Source of the DNA: an uncultured virus (IMG/VR IMGVR_UViG_3300025570_000010)
Lineage: Duplodnaviria; Heunggongvirae; Uroviricota; Caudoviricetes; Schitoviridae
Virus record (IMG/VR): IMGVR_UViG_3300025570_000010
Reading direction: 5' to 3' (one strand)
DNA length: 20,000 bases
Shown here one piece after another: positions 15,628 to 20,000 of the stretch. Within the stretch, counting starts at the first letter, position 1, and each line of letters starts with the position of its first letter. Under the pieces are notes generated by a model. That model had not been told where the DNA came from and searched no databases. It was given only the letters and a program-made list of their open reading frames with translations. The position numbers and the translations under genes are program-made.

Positions 15628-15765
15628 AGTCTGGCCCCCTGCCTTGTCAGTCATCGGATTACTTTTTCGCTTATGTCCATGGAGCGACTAGCTGTCTTAT
15701 ACCGAGGGTGAGGGGTTGGAGCATGGACTAATCCGTTGCTGCCAAACTGGTTTCCGAAGAAACCA
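15628..15765 (-). ncRNA. Candidate structured RNA or 5' leader: cUUCGg hairpin plus a long nested rod
   Basis: GGUUUC-UUCG-GAAACC, then nested stems 15741-15748/15628-15635, 15729-15735/15655-15661 and 15722-15728/15675-15681. Confidence 0.5.
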
Positions 15766-15803
15766 AAAAAGAAAAACCCTACCGGATCTCTCCGATAGGG
15801 TTT
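15765..15803 (-). terminator. Rho-independent terminator
   Basis: AAACCCUAUCGGA-GAGA-UCCGGUAGGGUUU followed by UUCUUUUUU. Confidence 0.88.
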
Positions 15804-15990
15804 GGTCAGCTCCAGCAACTGTCAGAATCACGGATTAGCATCCGCTCCTTAACAGCGACTGGTCACTGTGATCAGGTATCCCAGTGCCAGCAAGTTCGCA
15901 CTAATGACAGTTTTGAGGCTGTCCTCTAGCCGCCTTCCACTGCTCCATGCAGGGCGCGAAAAACCGACTGGTCACTGAGAATGTGGAAGG
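15765..15990 (-). ncRNA. Candidate ~220-nt small RNA with a duplicated CAGUGACCAGUCG motif
   Basis: No ORF of 60 aa or more; bounded by a TTGACA promoter and a terminator; several stems; 13-nt direct repeat at 15856-15868 and 15965-15977. Confidence 0.55.
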
Positions 15991-15991
15991 T

Positions 15992-16020
15992 GACTTAGAT
16001 CAAGAGGGATCTTCTGTCAA
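15992..16020 (-). promoter_or_regulatory. Sigma70-like promoter
   Basis: TTGACA (16020-16015), 17-nt spacer, TAAGTC (15997-15992), immediately after an upstream terminator. Confidence 0.55.
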
Positions 16021-16030
16021 CTTAAAAACC

Positions 16031-16058
16031 AAGAAAAAGCCGGGGAAAGACCCCGGCT
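16031..16058 (-). terminator. Rho-independent terminator
   Basis: AGCCGGGG-UCUUU-CCCCGGCU followed by UUUUCUU, just after the 36-aa ORF. Confidence 0.88.
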
Positions 16059-16070
16059 GATTCCCTCTTG

Positions 16071-16181
16071 TCATTCCGCTGTGAACCAGCGTTCGTACAG
16101 GGCTTTGACCCAAGTCGGTTGAGGAAGAACGTTCCATCCGACGATGAGTCCTGCCCCGAAGAACAGGATTGCTTCGATCAT
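16071..16181 (-). CDS. 36-aa single-pass membrane peptide absent from the ORF track (MIEAILFFGAGLIVGWNVLPQPTWVKALYERWFTAE)
   Basis: ATGA overlap with the phosphoesterase stop; GAAAGG SD; followed directly by a terminator. Confidence 0.75.
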   Translation of the reverse strand: MIEAILFFGAGLIVGWNVLPQPTWVKALYERWFTAE

Positions 16182-17338
16182 AGGAATACCTTTCGTGGTT
16201 TGTCCTGAAGGAGTAGAGGCTTCAAGTTTACCTTTTTGCGGTCCACTTCGCCATCCTCTTTGTGCAGAGTGACTGCACAGATCCCTCCACGGGTGAAGAG
16301 ACCCTTCATTTGCGCCCAGTTGTTGGGTTTGGCCAAGGTCCGGAAGTGCTCTGCATCAGCCCCTACGAGCTGTTTTTGCTTGTCGTGGTGGACGTGAGCT
16401 GTCCAGATGAACCGCCAATACTTGGCCTTGGCCCATGCGTCTGGGAACTGGTCTGAGAAGACATCCTTGAGGCTTTCCCATTTGCATTTGTCCCCGTGGT
16501 GAGGGAACACAGCACACTTGCCCCAGGGAATCACACGGAAGTTGTCATCACTGACAACCACATTCACACGAGGATCGTCTTTGAAATGGGCATCCAGAGC
16601 CACCATGACACCGATATAAGCTGTTTCGTCATGGTTCCCCCGGAGAAGGTGGACTTCGACTTCCTGATGCTTCTGGAGGAGTAGACCGATGGTATAACGC
16701 ATGATGTTCATGGCATTGATCGTGTTGTCGAGATGGTTTTCCCGAATCACATCACATTCGTTGCCAGAAGCAGGAGTCAATCCTTTGTGATCATTGGCGT
16801 CCAAGAGGTCGCCCATGTCCAGTAGGACTGCTTTGTGAGCCAGAGGAAGATTGTGCATCAAGCGGGTGATTGCTGCATACACTGCGTCGAGGTACTTGGG
16901 ATCCCCGTATTGTCCGCCAACGTGAAGATCACACAGGGGGATGAAGTTGCAGAGGTCTTTGGGTAGCTCATAGGTGGGAGGAGGCGTAGGAGCGGCTCGT
17001 GGAGCCTGTGTGAGAGCGTCAATGAGGGTCTGTGCTACATCGACTGGTTCTTCTTCTTCTGGTTTGATCTGGTAGCGTACAGAGTTCCGTACAATCGTAC
17101 CATCAGAGAGGGTTTCCTGAACGATTCGCCAACCACCAGTGACAACCCTTCCACCCAGACCAGTTGCGTCCATTGCTGATTGAAGTCCGGGATCTGCCTC
17201 CTCGTAGACTAGAGCAGCTCTGATTGACTCGGTGATTGTGGAACGATGAACCCCGGCAATTTCGGCTACTTTGGAGAAGTTCTCGTCATGCTCACGCCAC
17301 AGTTTGAGACGTTCCGCTTGAATCGGAGTAATGGGCAT
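16178..17338 (-). CDS. Calcineurin-like metallophosphoesterase with an N-terminal HTH
   Basis: DLHVG, GDLLD, GNHD, HHGD and AHVHH motifs; FSKVAEIAGVHRSTI HTH; start at ATG 17338 (AAGGA SD). Confidence 0.85.
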   Translation of the reverse strand: MPITPIQAERLKLWREHDENFSKVAEIAGVHRSTITESIRAALVYEEADPGLQSAMDATGLGGRVVTGGWRIVQETLSDGTIVRNSVRYQIKPEEEEPVDVAQTLIDALTQAPRAAPTPPPTYELPKDLCNFIPLCDLHVGGQYGDPKYLDAVYAAITRLMHNLPLAHKAVLLDMGDLLDANDHKGLTPASGNECDVIRENHLDNTINAMNIMRYTIGLLLQKHQEVEVHLLRGNHDETAYIGVMVALDAHFKDDPRVNVVVSDDNFRVIPWGKCAVFPHHGDKCKWESLKDVFSDQFPDAWAKAKYWRFIWTAHVHHDKQKQLVGADAEHFRTLAKPNNWAQMKGLFTRGGICAVTLHKEDGEVDRKKVNLKPLLLQDKPRKVFL

Positions 17339-17386
17339 ATGGCCATCCTTACTTTTATTATAGAAAGATGTGGACAACCATTGGGT

Positions 17387-17440
17387 GAAACATACCGTGG
17401 TAAGAGACTCACACTAGGTGTGACTACCACGGTATGTTTC
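17387..17440. repeat. 16-bp perfect inverted repeat with an inner 6-bp hairpin
   Basis: GAAACATACCGTGGTA (17387-17402) / TACCACGGTATGTTTC (17425-17440), enclosing TCACAC-tag-GTGTGA. Confidence 0.85.
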
Positions 17441-17452
17441 TGCTTTCAAAGC

Positions 17453-19612
17453 TTAAAACCACCGTCCCTCGATAGTAATGGAAACAGTAACTATGGATGC
17501 TGAAGTCTCATTAGAATATCGGAAAGCAGTTATGTTTAGTAGATCGGTAATGGTCACGCCTGATGCAGATACAGTGACTGCTCGTGTATCATCTGCGTTG
17601 TTTGATACATAAGGTGTCATAGCAACAGAAAGAGGGAATGATACAAATGGTAGAGGAAATGTAAAATCCAGCGGAGTAGTTTTATAAGGGTCCGTTACAG
17701 TGCCATCCCCCAAAGCATTGCTTGCACCAAGAGAGAATGTAGCAACAAGTTTCATACGACCATCATTGTATTTTGTCCAATATCCGGTTGTATTGCTGGT
17801 TCCTCCTTTGGAGTGAACATCAGGCAAATACTGAATACCTCTCAAATGAGAGTCAACAATAGTACCTGCACCTTCTGTCTCAAACTCAAGAAACTCAGTG
17901 TTAGAGGGTCTGTCTGGACTACCCACAAAAGGTCCAACAATCAAACCAGAAAAGTCTGTATCTGGTTCCGTGGCTATGGCTACGATTCTCGTATCACCAG
18001 CAGTCATCAAAGCATTAGAAACTATATGATGGAAACTGTAGAATCGAACATCTGTGAAGTCAAAGAAGCAATTCGTGAAAGAGGAGCTGTAAGCACAGTC
18101 TTTTTCAATAACTATTTGACGAGACCAGCTATGCATATTGTTACATTGTACAGATCCAAAAGACCCAACAATAAGACCAATATCTTGACCACTTGAAATG
18201 TTTACACCATCTATCATTGCATCAGCGGTATAGATACCAACACCGAAGTTCTGCATAGAACCTCCAATGGTGATTTGACCTGAGATAGTGTCACTCAAAG
18301 TAATCCCAGTAACTACTGCAAATTCAAGTGTTGAAGGGGTGTCTTGATATTCAGTGCTGTTACGACGAAGAGTTACAGTTTCTGAGATTGGATTGTTTTT
18401 TGCATAGTCAGCAAACCCTGTAATTGTAACAGAAACGCCTGCATCAACTTTAGGGAAACTCAAACGAGTACATATTTTTGTTGGAGCAACTGGAGACACC
18501 CACTCACCAGAAACAACCTCACTGCCTGTAAGAGCAAGAGGAATATTGGTTCCAGTAGTTGGTGTGTGTTTTAAGACAATACCATTACCCAGAAAAGGTT
18601 TTTCAAGATTCCGGTAAGTGCTTGAACTATGGTAAACATTGTTCAAAAACTGAAGAAAAACATTTTTGGTTTTATAGGGGTATGTACTGCCAACTCGGTT
18701 TTTATCGCCAAAAGAGGTGAGATCACCAAAGCATTTGAAACCAATGTGGTAAACATTTCCTTCTACTCGGGAATGAGCAGTGTTTTCCCAAAAACGCCCA
18801 CCAGTGGCATAGTTACAGTCAATGAAAAAAGACTTCTCAAATGTGATCGAACGAATACGAAGATCTTGTGCTTCAGAGCCAACGTCTGCGTTCAAACGAT
18901 CAGCGATAACAAAAGCGTATCCGGGCATACCAGCAGCAATACTGGTCCAAGTACCGTTTGGATCACAAGAGATGTACCCATTACGAAGACTAAGACCGTA
19001 AAACCAACCTGCACCCAAGCCATTTACTCGACCAATAATAATTGGTGAGGAAATCAACATATTCTCCCCAAGGCAATCAATGGCGGGAGAAATTCCTGCA
19101 TTGATTACCTCATTAGAGGTAATCGTTGAACCACTGAAATTTGCAGAAAATCTCAAAGCAGATTTGAAAGCTTCAGTCATATCCGTAACAAGAGGCGTGG
19201 TATTATCCATGTAATGTTGAGGACTGATAGCCATATCGGGTCCAACTTTAGGAAGCCAATTTGGGATGTCAGTAATACCTGTACTGCCTGTTGATTTATA
19301 GAAGTACAGAACAGTCTCTTTATAAGAGACCCCCATCACATAATCATTTGGAAGAGTATCGAATACTCCGTTGGCATTGTCAGTGACAAATTGAGCACGA
19401 TTGGGATACACATTACTATTTAAAAGACTCTGAACAGAATCTGATAATGTTTGAGCTGAATTAGCAGCGACTTGAGCTGAAGCCGCAGCATTTTCTGCTG
19501 CAACTCTGTTAGATTCATCATTGATAATGATATAGGAAGTAGGATCACCTACATTCACATCAAAATTTGTATCAGTATCTGTTGATACGGTGATGGTAAA
19601 GTTATCCAGCAT
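17453..19612 (-). CDS. Tail fibre / tailspike-like receptor-binding protein
   Basis: N-terminal Ala-rich coiled linker; beta-helix-like centre (DMTEAFKSAL...); C-terminal GYWTKYNDG...FPLPF...IEGRW module typical of fibre ends. Confidence 0.7.
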   Translation of the reverse strand: MLDNFTITVSTDTDTNFDVNVGDPTSYIIINDESNRVAAENAAASAQVAANSAQTLSDSVQSLLNSNVYPNRAQFVTDNANGVFDTLPNDYVMGVSYKETVLYFYKSTGSTGITDIPNWLPKVGPDMAISPQHYMDNTTPLVTDMTEAFKSALRFSANFSGSTITSNEVINAGISPAIDCLGENMLISSPIIIGRVNGLGAGWFYGLSLRNGYISCDPNGTWTSIAAGMPGYAFVIADRLNADVGSEAQDLRIRSITFEKSFFIDCNYATGGRFWENTAHSRVEGNVYHIGFKCFGDLTSFGDKNRVGSTYPYKTKNVFLQFLNNVYHSSSTYRNLEKPFLGNGIVLKHTPTTGTNIPLALTGSEVVSGEWVSPVAPTKICTRLSFPKVDAGVSVTITGFADYAKNNPISETVTLRRNSTEYQDTPSTLEFAVVTGITLSDTISGQITIGGSMQNFGVGIYTADAMIDGVNISSGQDIGLIVGSFGSVQCNNMHSWSRQIVIEKDCAYSSSFTNCFFDFTDVRFYSFHHIVSNALMTAGDTRIVAIATEPDTDFSGLIVGPFVGSPDRPSNTEFLEFETEGAGTIVDSHLRGIQYLPDVHSKGGTSNTTGYWTKYNDGRMKLVATFSLGASNALGDGTVTDPYKTTPLDFTFPLPFVSFPLSVAMTPYVSNNADDTRAVTVSASGVTITDLLNITAFRYSNETSASIVTVSITIEGRWF

Positions 19613-20000
19613 GGTTAGTCACATCCTCTTGTACAACAATTTTGAAGGTATTTGTTGATCTTACACCTTCCCCAGGGACAGTGAATTCTACATCACAATC
19701 ATAGCTTCTTGGAGACCACCCCTGTGTATCTGCACTAAGCGCAGACAATGTAAACAGGTTTAGAGGACTTCCTGGTTTTGTGACTGTAAATGCCTGTGTA
19801 AGAGTTCCACACCATCTCATTTCTGATTCGATTGTCCAATTTGTAATGTCTACAAGGATTGCAGCATTGTAGGCATCAAGTGCATTTTGTACATCAACTG
19901 TAGATACAGGATCTGCGGCCATGGTGGTAGCGAGGTCATTTGCGGCTTGGATAGCCCCTGAAGTCTCTACGTTGGTTACATAGAGATTTATAGAGAAATC
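19602..20000 (-). CDS. BppU-like virion/baseplate-associated protein (5' end outside the window)
   Basis: The frame is open to the window edge (DFSINLYVTN...). C-terminal DCDVEF...STNTFKIVVQEDVT; overlaps the fibre start. Confidence 0.55.
   Translation of the reverse strand, partial: DFSINLYVTNVETSGAIQAANDLATTMAADPVSTVDVQNALDAYNAAILVDITNWTIESEMRWCGTLTQAFTVTKPGSPLNLFTLSALSADTQGWSPRSYDCDVEFTVPGEGVRSTNTFKIVVQEDVTNHAG

Noticed and set aside
15749..15764. N4 vRNAP hairpin promoter
   Set aside because: The stem pairs around a 4-nt loop (UUCG on the minus strand), not the 3-nt loop of vRNAP promoters, and it is not in the early region.
15856..15977. Mini-CRISPR array from the 13-nt repeat
   Set aside because: Only two short copies, 96 nt apart; the Cas4-like nuclease is a normal N4 replication-block gene.

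Overview
This window is from an N4-like (Schitoviridae-type) phage, probably infecting an alphaproteobacterium; the host is inferred from the class II RNR and general gene content. The + strand starts with the probable 3' end of the virion RNA polymerase gene. It converges at a hairpin terminator with a long minus-strand block. In transcription order (right to left) that block holds: a BppU-like protein and tail fibre/spike (AT-richer), an HTH-metallophosphoesterase, a ~450 bp structured non-coding region, small ORFs, an HNH nuclease, a DprA/SLOG-like protein, NrdJ, a Dda-like helicase, a family A DNA polymerase, a PD-(D/E)XK nuclease, primase, Sak4-like ATPase, SSB and a RusA-like resolvase. 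The most notable observations are: (1) the DNA polymerase is split into two ORFs between motifs A and B, with an Acb2/Tad1-like gene in the gap and Hint-like tails on both fragments; (2) two candidate structured ncRNAs lie at 15.6-16.0 kb, one with a duplicated 13-nt motif; (3) two orphan tRNA T-arms lie between helicase and polymerase; (4) the RusA-like ORF has an internal in-frame start; (5) a lone counter-oriented HTH gene is divergent from nrdJ. All assignments come from motif and synteny recognition by eye, not from database searches.
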